Shown here: positions 10,385-19,511 of the stretch, piece by piece
Numbering within the stretch: position 1 is the first letter of the stretch
Layout of the letters: every line of letters begins with the position of its first letter
Assembly: GCA_031413715.1 (NCBI GenBank)
Contig: JANOFO010000007.1
Coordinates: 26,338 to 90,337 of the forward strand
Origin: Minisyncoccota bacterium
Lineage (GTDB): Bacteria; Patescibacteriota; Minisyncoccia; Phycocordibacterales; UBA9973
Direction of reading: 5' to 3'
Length of the DNA: 64,000 nt
The notes under the pieces: generated by a model
Told to the model about the DNA's origin: nothing
The model's input: the letters and a program-made list of their open reading frames with translations, nothing else
Database searches by the model: none
Translations under genes and position numbers: made by a program

Positions 10385-10413
10385 ATTCTACCCTAAAGTA
10401 CTCGTGTAGTCAA
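10385..10413 (-). promoter_or_regulatory. sigma70-type promoter TTGACT-N17-TAGAAT
   Basis: Minus strand reads ttgact-acacgagtactttaggg-tagaat. Confidence 0.7.
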
Positions 10414-10434
10414 TATTTAATATGGGGATTACTT

Positions 10435-12138
10435 TTAGTTATGAATTTCTTCAATTATATGGCTCTGTATATATTCCATAGTCGCACCGACTTTCTTGCC
10501 AGGGTTGAGGATATTTTGCGGGTCAAAAATACTCTTTGTTTTTTCAAAAAGTCCATATATCTTTGCACCAAACATCTGCAGTAAAAATGGCGAGCGAATA
10601 ATGCCGTCATTGTGTTCTGCTGTAGTCGAGCCTTTATAGCTAAGCACTAGATCATAAACTTCCCTCGAGAGGTTTATGATTATATCTTTCGTTTTTGGAT
10701 TAGAGAAATCCATTAGTGGAATAATATGGAAGTTCCCATTCCCTGCATGTCCGGCAATGGTATAGGTGATTGGATATTTATCTAGTATTTTATTTAATTT
10801 AGGTAGAAATTCTGGCAGATATTCTGGTAAAACAATAATGTCATCAATAAAAGGCGCCGTATGTTTATCTTTGATATGCTTTCGGAGCAACGCAAAAGAT
10901 TCACGGCGGATATCCCAATATTTTTCAGACTCTGTTTGTGACGTTGTCGTGCGAATCTTGAATGGGAATTTTTTAAGTACAGGTAGTAAAGCTTTTGCCT
11001 TTTCATCTATCTCTTTTTCATTTTCTCCGGCAAATTCGATGAGCAATATGAGTTTCGGTATTCCGAATGCCGTCATCATGATAACTTCGGGCCAAAAACT
11101 CCACATAAATTTAATCATTCCCCATAGGCCCTTTTTCTTTAAAAAATCTGGGAAAAATTTGATGGCAAGCTTCATGGTCGCATCATCATAGGACTCTAAA
11201 CTTTCAGGGTGATTAGGAAGGATTGCCCCCACGACTTCCCCGAGCTGTTTGATGTCTTTCATGAATACAACCACCAGTTTTGAAACCTTCTTTGTCGCGA
11301 CAAGATGAAGTGTAATTTTGGTGACTATTCCAAGCGTGCCTTGAGAGCCGACGATAAGCTTTGTCAGGTCGAATATTCCCCCCTCTTCATCCCAGACGTT
11401 CCAAAGATAGTATCCAGCAGAATTCTTTGAAACATTTGGTTTAGCTGTTTTTATCGCATCTTTGTTTTCATTTATAAGAGAGAAAATATTTTTGTAAATA
11501 TCACCTTCAAAGTCACCTTGGGCAATTTTACTGTAGAGTTCTTTCTTAGTTAATGGGCGCACAGTGTATTCCCTACCATCGGAAAAAACCACTTGCAACT
11601 CTTTAATATAATCCTCAGTCTTTCCATAATTAAGCGTTTTTTCTCCGGCAGAATTATTGCCAATCATTCCCCCGATAGCATTTAAGCTTTTTGATGCTGT
11701 ATAACATGGCAATAATAAACCTTGCGATATAGTTTTGGGCTCGAAATCTCGATAATAACATCCAGGCTCGACGATTGCTTGACCAGAAATTGTGACGTCA
11801 TGAGCATTCGGATATTTAGGTCGAAGGAGAAAAGGAGTGACAATTTCAATTTGTCCAATCTTATTCATATAGCGAGTAAAATCCATAATTATGGATTCAC
11901 CAATTGCTCCGCCAGACATACATGTCCCAGCAGAGCGAGGAGTAATAGAAAGATTTGGATATTTTATTTTATTTTCGTTCACCCATTTCACAAGAGACTT
12001 GATATCTTCGCTGTCTTTTGGAAAGACCACAAGCTCGGGCCTAATTTCTAGGAGCGATGCATCACGTGAATACTTGGATAAAGATTCTTCACTATCTTCG
12101 ATATCGCCTTTCCAGAATTTTTGTATTTCTTCCTTCAT
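10435..12138 (-). CDS. FAD-binding oxidoreductase, GlcD/D-lactate dehydrogenase family
   Basis: PRSAGTCMSGGAI, GGMIGNNSAG, GSQGTLGIVT, GHAGNGNFH, AEHNDGIIR, ILNPGKKV. Confidence 0.85.
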   Translation of the reverse strand: MKEEIQKFWKGDIEDSEESLSKYSRDASLLEIRPELVVFPKDSEDIKSLVKWVNENKIKYPNLSITPRSAGTCMSGGAIGESIIMDFTRYMNKIGQIEIVTPFLLRPKYPNAHDVTISGQAIVEPGCYYRDFEPKTISQGLLLPCYTASKSLNAIGGMIGNNSAGEKTLNYGKTEDYIKELQVVFSDGREYTVRPLTKKELYSKIAQGDFEGDIYKNIFSLINENKDAIKTAKPNVSKNSAGYYLWNVWDEEGGIFDLTKLIVGSQGTLGIVTKITLHLVATKKVSKLVVVFMKDIKQLGEVVGAILPNHPESLESYDDATMKLAIKFFPDFLKKKGLWGMIKFMWSFWPEVIMMTAFGIPKLILLIEFAGENEKEIDEKAKALLPVLKKFPFKIRTTTSQTESEKYWDIRRESFALLRKHIKDKHTAPFIDDIIVLPEYLPEFLPKLNKILDKYPITYTIAGHAGNGNFHIIPLMDFSNPKTKDIIINLSREVYDLVLSYKGSTTAEHNDGIIRSPFLLQMFGAKIYGLFEKTKSIFDPQNILNPGKKVGATMEYIQSHIIEEIHN

Positions 12139-12140
12139 TT

Positions 12141-12995
12141 TTATACAAGATTATTAAAAAGCTTAAGGCGATCTTCTGCTACAGCTTGCATTGCTTTCAC
12201 AGTGGGTTCCGCAAGCTTGTATGGTGCGACTTCATTTGGATTGTCAAAAAAAGACTGTTTCATTGCTTCTACGTATGCTATGCGGAGTTCAGTGTTGATA
12301 TGGATAATTGAGATACCAGCAGCGATACTGTTGGTAAAATCTTCATCGCGAAGTCCAGAACCGCCATGGAGTACGAGTGGAATACCGACTGAGTTTTTTA
12401 TTTCTTTTACAAGTTCGATATTTATATGAGGTTTGCCACTTTTGATAAGTCCGTGGATGGATCCAACTGAAGGAGCAAGCATATCAATACCTGTCATTTC
12501 AACAAAGCGTTTTGCATCTTCTGGTTTGGTCAAAATCCCTGCTCCCTCTGGAATAGTATCTTTAACTTCTGAGCCAGAACCAATGAATCCCAATTCTGCT
12601 TCAACAAGCACGTCACGACCACAACTGCGAGCATATTCTACTGTTTGTTTAGTCACCGCAACATTTTCCTCAAAAGTTTTATTTGCCAGATCAATTATAA
12701 CCGCGTCAAAGCCCGCATCGATCGCCCCTCTGGCTGATTCAAAACTAAAGTGGTGGTCTGCGTTAAGATATATAGGGTAATTATCGCCCTCGCGGAGCTC
12801 TTTAATAAGCGCTACTGCTTCATCTCTCCCGACAAACTCTTCTTCTCCTTCTGATAATCCGATAATGACAGGAACATGGAGACTTTTCGCTGCATTATAA
12901 ACTGCATGTAATCCTTCCAAGTTTGAAATATTGAAATGTCCTATCGCCACTTTTTTTTCTTCAGCCTCTTTTATTATTTCGCGCAGAGTCTTCAT
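12141..12995 (-). CDS. fba: Class II fructose-bisphosphate aldolase
   Basis: GHFNISN, LNADH, VEAELG, GSIHG, PLVLHGGSG, INTELR. Confidence 0.92.
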   Translation of the reverse strand: MKTLREIIKEAEEKKVAIGHFNISNLEGLHAVYNAAKSLHVPVIIGLSEGEEEFVGRDEAVALIKELREGDNYPIYLNADHHFSFESARGAIDAGFDAVIIDLANKTFEENVAVTKQTVEYARSCGRDVLVEAELGFIGSGSEVKDTIPEGAGILTKPEDAKRFVEMTGIDMLAPSVGSIHGLIKSGKPHINIELVKEIKNSVGIPLVLHGGSGLRDEDFTNSIAAGISIIHINTELRIAYVEAMKQSFFDNPNEVAPYKLAEPTVKAMQAVAEDRLKLFNNLV

Positions 12996-13002
12996 ACTTT
13001 GG

Positions 13003-13025
13003 ATTATATCACACTGTGATATAAT
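13003..13025. promoter_or_regulatory. Palindromic bidirectional extended -10 promoter
   Basis: attatatcaca-c-tgtgatataat gives TGTGATATAAT on both strands, 7 nt before the fba ATG and 8 nt before the PfkB ATG. Confidence 0.75.
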
Positions 13026-13033
13026 AGAGATAT

Positions 13034-14029
13034 ATGGAAAAACAAATTGACTTACTAGCCATTGGTGATTTGGTAGTAGATGACTTCATACGGTTAAAAG
13101 ATGCAGAAGCTACATGTGACCTCGATCAGGAAAATTGTAGGCTATGTGTACGCTTTGGAGACAAAGTTCCTTATGAACTTCATAAAATAGTTTATGCGGT
13201 TGGCAATAGCGCAAATGCTGCAGTTTCAGCAAGTCGCCTGGGGCTGCGATCTGCTCTATCTGGCGTTATTGGCAATGATGATTATGGAAAAGGATGCATG
13301 AAATCACTTGCTGACAACAACGTAAGTCTTGATTTTATTGAGACTGATCCAAAATTGCCTACTAATTATCACTATGTACTTTGGTATGGACCTGAAAGAA
13401 CTATATTGGTCAATCATGCTCCATTTGAGCGCCATTTGCCGAATGATATGAAGGCGCCGAAATGGATCTATCTCTCATCTCTCGGAGAAAATACCGAAGC
13501 CTTCCATCATGAGATAGCAGCGTGGCTCAAAGAACATCCTGAAACTAAATTCGCATTCCAACCTGGGACATTTCAGATAAAGCTCGGTACTGAGAAACTT
13601 AAAGATATGTATGAACATTCAGATATTTTCTTTTGTAACGTAGAAGAAGCGCAGAGAATTTTAAAAGTACAAGAACTTGACCCGAAAAAGTTAATGGATA
13701 TGCTCCATAGACTTGGACCAGTTATCGTTGTTATGACTGATGGTATTAAAGGAGCCTATGCTAGAGAAGAAGATGGCAGTATGTGGTATATGCCAATTTA
13801 TCCACATACACCTCTTGAACGCACTGGGGCTGGTGACGCTTTTGCTTCTACTGTTACATCTGCACTTGCTATGGGCAAAACACTTGAAGAGGCGCTCATG
13901 TGGGCACCCATAAATGCAATGTCTGTAACTCAGTTTATTGGTGCCCAAGAAGGTTTATTGACTCAACAGAAGTTGCAAGAATATCTTGATAAAGCTCCCG
14001 AAGACTACAAGATCAAGAAATTAGATTAA
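13034..14029 (+). CDS. PfkB/ribokinase-family carbohydrate kinase
   Basis: GNSANAAVSASRLG, CNVEEA, ERTGAGDAF. Confidence 0.9.
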   Translation: MEKQIDLLAIGDLVVDDFIRLKDAEATCDLDQENCRLCVRFGDKVPYELHKIVYAVGNSANAAVSASRLGLRSALSGVIGNDDYGKGCMKSLADNNVSLDFIETDPKLPTNYHYVLWYGPERTILVNHAPFERHLPNDMKAPKWIYLSSLGENTEAFHHEIAAWLKEHPETKFAFQPGTFQIKLGTEKLKDMYEHSDIFFCNVEEAQRILKVQELDPKKLMDMLHRLGPVIVVMTDGIKGAYAREEDGSMWYMPIYPHTPLERTGAGDAFASTVTSALAMGKTLEEALMWAPINAMSVTQFIGAQEGLLTQQKLQEYLDKAPEDYKIKKLD

Positions 14030-14032
14030 ATT

Positions 14033-14686
14033 ATGGAAAAATTCAAATCATTTTTTAAAAGGAAAGAAGATGAAGAGGAACTTCAGAAAGTTATAGACGA
14101 AGCAGTTGAAAGCGAGTCGCAGAAATTGCAGCATGGAGCAAGTGAAGAATTCAAAGAGAATCGAGAGGATCAAGAATTTAACATAGCCGCAAATAAACAT
14201 TTCATCGAGAATATACTTGGAAAAAAAGTTGAAATAGATGTCTTAAACAAAGAAGAGGTCAAGAAGATTGAAAAATATATACAGAATAAGAATGATGGTC
14301 TTCAGGCTCGGATGACAGCTATATATGAATATATTTTAGAGAACTCAGGAACTATGGATCCTATAAAATATGAGGAGGTAAAAGACAAGATCTCTAAGAT
14401 CGATGAAAAGATACGGGAACTAAATCACAAGATGTCTAAGGAACTTGGTCAAATGGAATATCTAGATAAGCCCCAAGCTTTTTATTACGGCGAACAGATT
14501 GCTCTTTATGATCAACAACTCAATCAGCTCGAGACGGATAAAGAATTATTAGAAAATTATATCGAAAAGAATTTGCCGAAAATTGATGCCGAAGAAGAAG
14601 ATGAATGGATGCGAGAGCACGATGATCTGGATAAGAAATCTTTAAAATATCAAAATTACCTTCATTCGGACCCGAATCAGAACTAA
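14033..14686 (+). CDS. Hypothetical acidic, helical/coiled-coil protein
   Basis: 217-aa ORF starting 3 nt after the PfkB stop; no recognised motif. Confidence 0.7.
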   Translation: MEKFKSFFKRKEDEEELQKVIDEAVESESQKLQHGASEEFKENREDQEFNIAANKHFIENILGKKVEIDVLNKEEVKKIEKYIQNKNDGLQARMTAIYEYILENSGTMDPIKYEEVKDKISKIDEKIRELNHKMSKELGQMEYLDKPQAFYYGEQIALYDQQLNQLETDKELLENYIEKNLPKIDAEEEDEWMREHDDLDKKSLKYQNYLHSDPNQN

Positions 14687-14787
14687 TTGGGAATTCACTT
14701 CTTCTTACTGGTTTTTATAGATTAGTTTGCTATAATTATTCAGACAAACTGAACCTTTAATTTCTAATCCAATTAAATTTTATAGTT

Positions 14788-14946
14788 ATGGTTATTAATC
14801 AGAATTCTATCCTAGAACTAAAAATCCTGATCTCTTTCAATCGTTGGATGCTTGATTATATAGCACCAGAAAGTGATAAAAAATTTTATGTAAATAGGAT
14901 CAGAATATTTGAAGCTCGACTTCAAATATTGAATCTTTTTGTGTAA
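14788..14946 (+). CDS. Putative 52-aa microprotein
   Basis: MVINQNSILELKILISFNRWMLDYIAPESDKKFYVNRIRIFEARLQILNLFV; TGCTATAAT upstream and a terminator downstream. Confidence 0.4.
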   Translation: MVINQNSILELKILISFNRWMLDYIAPESDKKFYVNRIRIFEARLQILNLFV

Positions 14947-14973
14947 AAGTAAATGCACAAATTATTCTTGCAA

Positions 14974-15006
14974 AAAATACCGGCGCGTTAGACGCACCGG
15001 TATTTT
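14974..15006. terminator. Bidirectional intrinsic terminator
   Basis: aaaataccgg-c-gcgt-tag-acgc-a-ccggtatttt. Confidence 0.7.
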
Positions 15007-15024
15007 ATATTGATATTTTTTTTA

Positions 15025-15642
15025 TTATGCTACTGCAGCTAGTTCAGTATTAATCACCTCAGATTTCTGGCTCTTTATATCATCGTAGAATTTTGCAAGA
15101 CTGACTGAGACATATGGTACGAGCCAGAGGAATCCTATTCCAAGAGTAAGAACACAAAGTAGTGCCCATCCGATGAATCGAAGGTAGAGACAGAAAAGTT
15201 TCCACTTATTGCCTTTCATCATCTCTTTACTTTTATCTATAGCAGCGTTTACGCCTATATCTTTATCATCTGCGAGTATATAGTATGTCATTGCATATGA
15301 AAATGCAGCAATTATTCCGGGAATAATAAGTAGAAGAGTCCAGAGAAGTATGTATATAATAAGAAGTAGATATGCTTTAACAGCTCTCCACCATGTATTA
15401 AATGGTTCTAATACCTGCAACACTTTTGCTTCTTTTCCTCGAGAAATATTTAGCCAGAAAATTGCAAAACCTAACGCAATTGGTCCACTGACAATGAGAG
15501 ATATCAGACCCCCAAGAATTGGAGTTAATTTAAGAAAAAGTGTGAATATACCGTACACAAAAACTAGATAAACAGCTTGTGCCCATTTTCCCTTCAATGA
15601 TTCTAGTGCCTCGCTCATCAGTGTTTTATTTGCTGTTTTCAT
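15025..15642 (-). CDS. DUF975-family membrane protein
   Basis: LWTLLLIIPGIIAAFSYAMTYYIL, SKEMMKGNKWKLFCL, LTLGIGFLWLVPY. Confidence 0.85.
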   Translation of the reverse strand: MKTANKTLMSEALESLKGKWAQAVYLVFVYGIFTLFLKLTPILGGLISLIVSGPIALGFAIFWLNISRGKEAKVLQVLEPFNTWWRAVKAYLLLIIYILLWTLLLIIPGIIAAFSYAMTYYILADDKDIGVNAAIDKSKEMMKGNKWKLFCLYLRFIGWALLCVLTLGIGFLWLVPYVSVSLAKFYDDIKSQKSEVINTELAAVA

Positions 15643-15683
15643 AGATTAAATCGGGTAATTTATAATAAGCCCATACTACGCTA

Positions 15684-16682
15684 TTATTGTCTTCTTTTCA
15701 ATACTTTCTCCACTGCATCTGTTATATGCGATACCCCCATTTTGTAATGTTCAATAAGTTCTTCGGGTGTACCTGATTGACCAAATACATCTTGTACACC
15801 TACAAATTCTATCGGTGTAGGATAATATTTTGCCAAGCATTCAGCTATAGCAGAACCCAGACCACCTATTATTTGATGCTCCTCGACTGTGACGATAGCT
15901 TTAGCTTCCTTTGCCAAAGAAACAATTGCTTCGCTGTCAAGCGGCTTGATAGTAGATAGGTTCATGACTTTTATTTTGATCCCTTCTTTCTCGAGATTGC
16001 GAGCGCAAATGATTGCTTTATAGAGAAGTGCGCCTGTAGCTATAATACCCACCTGTGCTAATCCTTGTTCGGGCACAAAAACTATTTGAGCCTTTCCAAT
16101 TTCAAAGGGAGTGTCTTCGGTAGTTATAATAGGAGTTTTTTCGCGTGCAAGTCGCAAATATGTCGGCTCTTTTGTTTTTGCGCAGGCAAGAGTCGCCTTC
16201 TTTGCCTCAATTACATCGCATGGCGAGAGTACCACCATATTCGGCATTACGCGCATGATAGCCATGTCTTCAATTGCCTGATGAGTTCCCCCATCTGGGC
16301 CTACAGATATACCGGCATGTGAGCCTGCGATTTTTACAGGGCGATCATTATATGCGATCGTTGTACGAATCTGTTCCCAATTACGACCAGGACTAAACAT
16401 TGCATATGATGATACGAATGGGATCTTGCCCATTGCTGCCATACCAGATGCAACAGTTACTAAATTTTGCTCTGCAACTCCAATTTCGATAAATCGCTCT
16501 GGGAATTTCTTTGCGAAGGCATCCATTTTTGTAGACTCTGTTAGGTCTGCACAGAGTGCAACAACTTTTTCATTTTCAATTCCAGCTGCAAGCAATCCCT
16601 CGCCAAACCCTTGACGAATCGGTACTTGTTCGACATCGTCATTGAAAAGTTTACTATTTAGTTTTAGTGATTGATTAAGCAT
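15684..16682 (-). CDS. Transketolase, C-terminal (pyrimidine-binding) subunit
   Basis: ERFIEIGVAEQNL, GPDGGTHQAIED, VTVEEHQIIGGLG. Confidence 0.93.
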   Translation of the reverse strand: MLNQSLKLNSKLFNDDVEQVPIRQGFGEGLLAAGIENEKVVALCADLTESTKMDAFAKKFPERFIEIGVAEQNLVTVASGMAAMGKIPFVSSYAMFSPGRNWEQIRTTIAYNDRPVKIAGSHAGISVGPDGGTHQAIEDMAIMRVMPNMVVLSPCDVIEAKKATLACAKTKEPTYLRLAREKTPIITTEDTPFEIGKAQIVFVPEQGLAQVGIIATGALLYKAIICARNLEKEGIKIKVMNLSTIKPLDSEAIVSLAKEAKAIVTVEEHQIIGGLGSAIAECLAKYYPTPIEFVGVQDVFGQSGTPEELIEHYKMGVSHITDAVEKVLKRRQ

Positions 16683-16688
16683 GTAGAT

Positions 16689-16817
16689 TTACTTGGTCAT
16701 ATAAATAAGTATCCAGACTGCAACAATGATTAAAGAAAAGATAATGACCAATATTTTCATTTTTACTATCTTCTTTCTATTTGCTTCCAGCATTTCTTTT
16801 GTTAAATCGTCATCCAT
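16689..16817 (-). CDS. 42-aa single-TM microprotein between the transketolase halves
   Basis: MDDDLTKEMLEANRKKIVKMKILVIIFSLIIVAVWILIYMTK; fills the gap with spacers of 1 nt and 6 nt. Confidence 0.6.
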   Translation of the reverse strand: MDDDLTKEMLEANRKKIVKMKILVIIFSLIIVAVWILIYMTK

Positions 16818-16818
16818 A

Positions 16819-17688
16819 TTATTCATGCTCACTTCTAATCTTACCTCCGAGTGTACGCAATTCTTTTAAAGCTATATCAGCTTCTTGCTTATTCGGAGCC
16901 TTACCATGCCAGTGGTAGTCTCGCTCAAATTCTTTAACTCCTCGCCCAGGAATTGTACGTGCAATGATAACTGAAGGTCGCTCATAAATTGCCTTCGCTT
17001 TCTGTATGGCATCATTTACCTCTCGGAAATTATGTCCATCTACTTCTTGGGCATACCAACCAAATTGTTCATATTTTTTTCGTAAGTCACCGAGCGGCAT
17101 GATGTCTTCTGTATATCCATCTATCTGGATATTGTTACGATCAACAATCGCAATCACGTTTCGTAGTTTTTCTTTACTGGCAAGTAAAACTGCTTCCCAG
17201 GTATTCCCTTCATCGTGTTCGCCGTCGGAGAGGAGAGCATAGATTGTCTTGTCAGTGCCGACGCCATGATCTATCCGATCTGCTAGCGCCATGCCTACCG
17301 CTTGTGAGAGTCCTGAGCCAAGCGGTCCAGAAGAATTCTCAAGCCAAGGCATGTACTCTCGGTGAGGATGGCCTTGGAGTCGAGTACCGAATTTGCGAAG
17401 CGTTTGGAGCTCTTTTATGGGCATATAACCAGCATGAGCCATCGTTGCATACATAACCGGACATATATGGCCATTTGAAAGGACAAGCCTATCCCTATCT
17501 ACCCAATCAGGGCGTACGGGATCATGTTTAAGAGCATGAAAGTAAAGAAGTGTAAATATGTCAGTCATGCCGAGTGGACCTGCAGTATGGCCAGATTTAG
17601 CTTCGAGTAGCATTTCAATAATACTTGTACGTATATCGTTTGCTTTTATTTCTAGCTCCTTTATTTTTATATCGGTAAGATTTTCCAT
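16819..17688 (-). CDS. Transketolase, N-terminal (TPP-binding) subunit
   Basis: SGHTAG, DRDRLVLSNGH, LQGHP, SDGEHDEG...DRNNIQIDG, WHGKAP. Confidence 0.93.
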   Translation of the reverse strand: MENLTDIKIKELEIKANDIRTSIIEMLLEAKSGHTAGPLGMTDIFTLLYFHALKHDPVRPDWVDRDRLVLSNGHICPVMYATMAHAGYMPIKELQTLRKFGTRLQGHPHREYMPWLENSSGPLGSGLSQAVGMALADRIDHGVGTDKTIYALLSDGEHDEGNTWEAVLLASKEKLRNVIAIVDRNNIQIDGYTEDIMPLGDLRKKYEQFGWYAQEVDGHNFREVNDAIQKAKAIYERPSVIIARTIPGRGVKEFERDYHWHGKAPNKQEADIALKELRTLGGKIRSEHE

Positions 17689-17690
17689 TT

Positions 17691-18392
17691 TTATAAACTT
17701 TCTAGATTTCGTATAGTCTCTCGAATGTCGAGACTGTTCATTAATGCTGAACCAACCACAAGTCTGTTTGCCCCAGCTTCGACAAGAAGCGGTGCAGTCG
17801 TTTCGTTCACGCTTCCATCTACACTGATTATAAGCTCTGGATAAATCTTCCGCAATTCTTTAATTTGCGAGAGTACTCGTTTATCGAACGGTTCACCTTG
17901 TTTGCCAGGATGTTCTATACCCATACACTGAACGAAATCGATATTTGAAATGATGGGAGCGAGCGTAGTTATCGGAGTAGTTGTATTTACAGCGATACCG
18001 ATTTCAACACTCTCTCGCATATACATATCTAAACCTTCGAGGAATTCTTTGAACTCATCAATATTACCTTCTGCCTCTAAATGAAAGACAATTCTACGCG
18101 CGCCCAATCGAGTGTAGAATTCAAAATCTTTGTGAGCATTTGTTACCATAAGATCAAATTCAAAATCCAAAGAGTCCCAGTACGGCAGTCCCTCTTCTTC
18201 CTCTAATATTTTATCTATTGCCGCGGTAGATCTGTCGCCTCTGAATTCCGAGAGTGGCCAGGAGACACTTGGGACAAACTTGCCATCACAGATATCTATC
18301 TGGACTACACGAACCGAATTTGCCACACGTGAAAGATCTTCACGCAATTTCTCGAAACTCTCTACAAGTATTGCAGGTATTATTTCAGTCAT
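17691..18392 (-). CDS. rpe: Ribulose-phosphate 3-epimerase
   Basis: IIPAIL, QIDICDGKFVP, VQCMGIEHPGKQG, ISVDGSV, LVVGSAL. Confidence 0.88.
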   Translation of the reverse strand: MTEIIPAILVESFEKLREDLSRVANSVRVVQIDICDGKFVPSVSWPLSEFRGDRSTAAIDKILEEEEGLPYWDSLDFEFDLMVTNAHKDFEFYTRLGARRIVFHLEAEGNIDEFKEFLEGLDMYMRESVEIGIAVNTTTPITTLAPIISNIDFVQCMGIEHPGKQGEPFDKRVLSQIKELRKIYPELIISVDGSVNETTAPLLVEAGANRLVVGSALMNSLDIRETIRNLESL

Positions 18393-18431
18393 AGAGTGGC
18401 GGAAACGTATAGGTTTTAGGGTATAGTGATC

Positions 18432-18866
18432 TCATATCTTGTTAATGCGACGGATATGACGCTCATTGTTTGAGAAAGGACATTCCAGGAACATCTTAAC
18501 AGCAATTTTTGCCTCATCTTCACTTACGAAACGAGCTCCAAGTGAAATAATATTTGCATTGTTATGATCACGGGCAAATTTAATGATATCTAGATTACCA
18601 CCGTAATAGAGAGCTGCACGGACTCCTACAATTTTATTTGCACACATAGCTTCACCCTGGCCGCTACCGCCTAAAATAACACCCATGCTTTCATTATTCG
18701 CTGCTACTGCTTGAGCAACAGGCTTGATAAAGTCCGGATAGTCGTCATCGCTCTCCAGTTCAAAGGCGCCCATATCTTCAATCTCATGACCGAGCTCAGA
18801 GAGGTAAACTTTGAGTTTTTCTTTTAATTCATAGCCTACGTGATCTGTTCCCATGTAGATTTTCAT
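18432..18866 (-). CDS. rpiB: Ribose-5-phosphate isomerase B
   Basis: GTDHVGYELK, DDYPD, GGSGQG, ARDHNNAN, RHIRRINKI. Confidence 0.92.
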   Translation of the reverse strand: MKIYMGTDHVGYELKEKLKVYLSELGHEIEDMGAFELESDDDYPDFIKPVAQAVAANNESMGVILGGSGQGEAMCANKIVGVRAALYYGGNLDIIKFARDHNNANIISLGARFVSEDEAKIAVKMFLECPFSNNERHIRRINKI

Positions 18867-18923
18867 GTGAATATTATACCATTTTATTAAAACATATTAT
18901 AATAGAAAGGGTAATAAGGAAGA

Positions 18924-19511
18924 CTATTTGGGCATAGTTTTTCTTTGTAACTCTTCCCACAAAGGAAGGAACTCATGCCAATATTTTTCCAGGTGTGGAT
19001 AGATTGCTATCTTAGAATCTTTATTTTTCCTTATCATATCTATGGTTAATCCCTTCTCTACATTTATAGTATTCCCTTCAAGGTATACATTCATCTCCGC
19101 AATTATTTTATCAGCGACATATACGAAACGAGCCTCTTCACTATTCTTATTTTCATATTCAATAATAGCATCATGAAATTCAATAAACTCCGGAAACTCT
19201 TCCAGAAGTCTCTTTCTTGCCTCCTCCTCTTTTACCGGTTTAGCCTTAAGAGCTTCAAGATCAGTTGAATGAGTATCTACATCGCCTGCATACACTTCAA
19301 CAAAATCATGAACTAGGGCACATTTTATAATTTTGTTCGTATCAAGCGGTAATTTATCAATAGTTACGATATACCAAGAAAACATTGCCAGTTGATAGCT
19401 ATGTTCAGCATCATTTTCTGTTGAGACCTTCCCGGGGATTTTTATTGTGCGATAAATATCCCGAAATTTAAGAGTAAGCTCTAAAAAATTAAATAATTTC
19501 TTAATCTCCAT
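18924..19511 (-). CDS. HD-domain phosphohydrolase (YfbR/HDDC2-like, putative nucleotidase)
   Basis: ENDAEHSYQL, ALVHDFVEVYAGD, VYVADK. Confidence 0.8.
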   Translation of the reverse strand: MEIKKLFNFLELTLKFRDIYRTIKIPGKVSTENDAEHSYQLAMFSWYIVTIDKLPLDTNKIIKCALVHDFVEVYAGDVDTHSTDLEALKAKPVKEEEARKRLLEEFPEFIEFHDAIIEYENKNSEEARFVYVADKIIAEMNVYLEGNTINVEKGLTIDMIRKNKDSKIAIYPHLEKYWHEFLPLWEELQRKTMPK

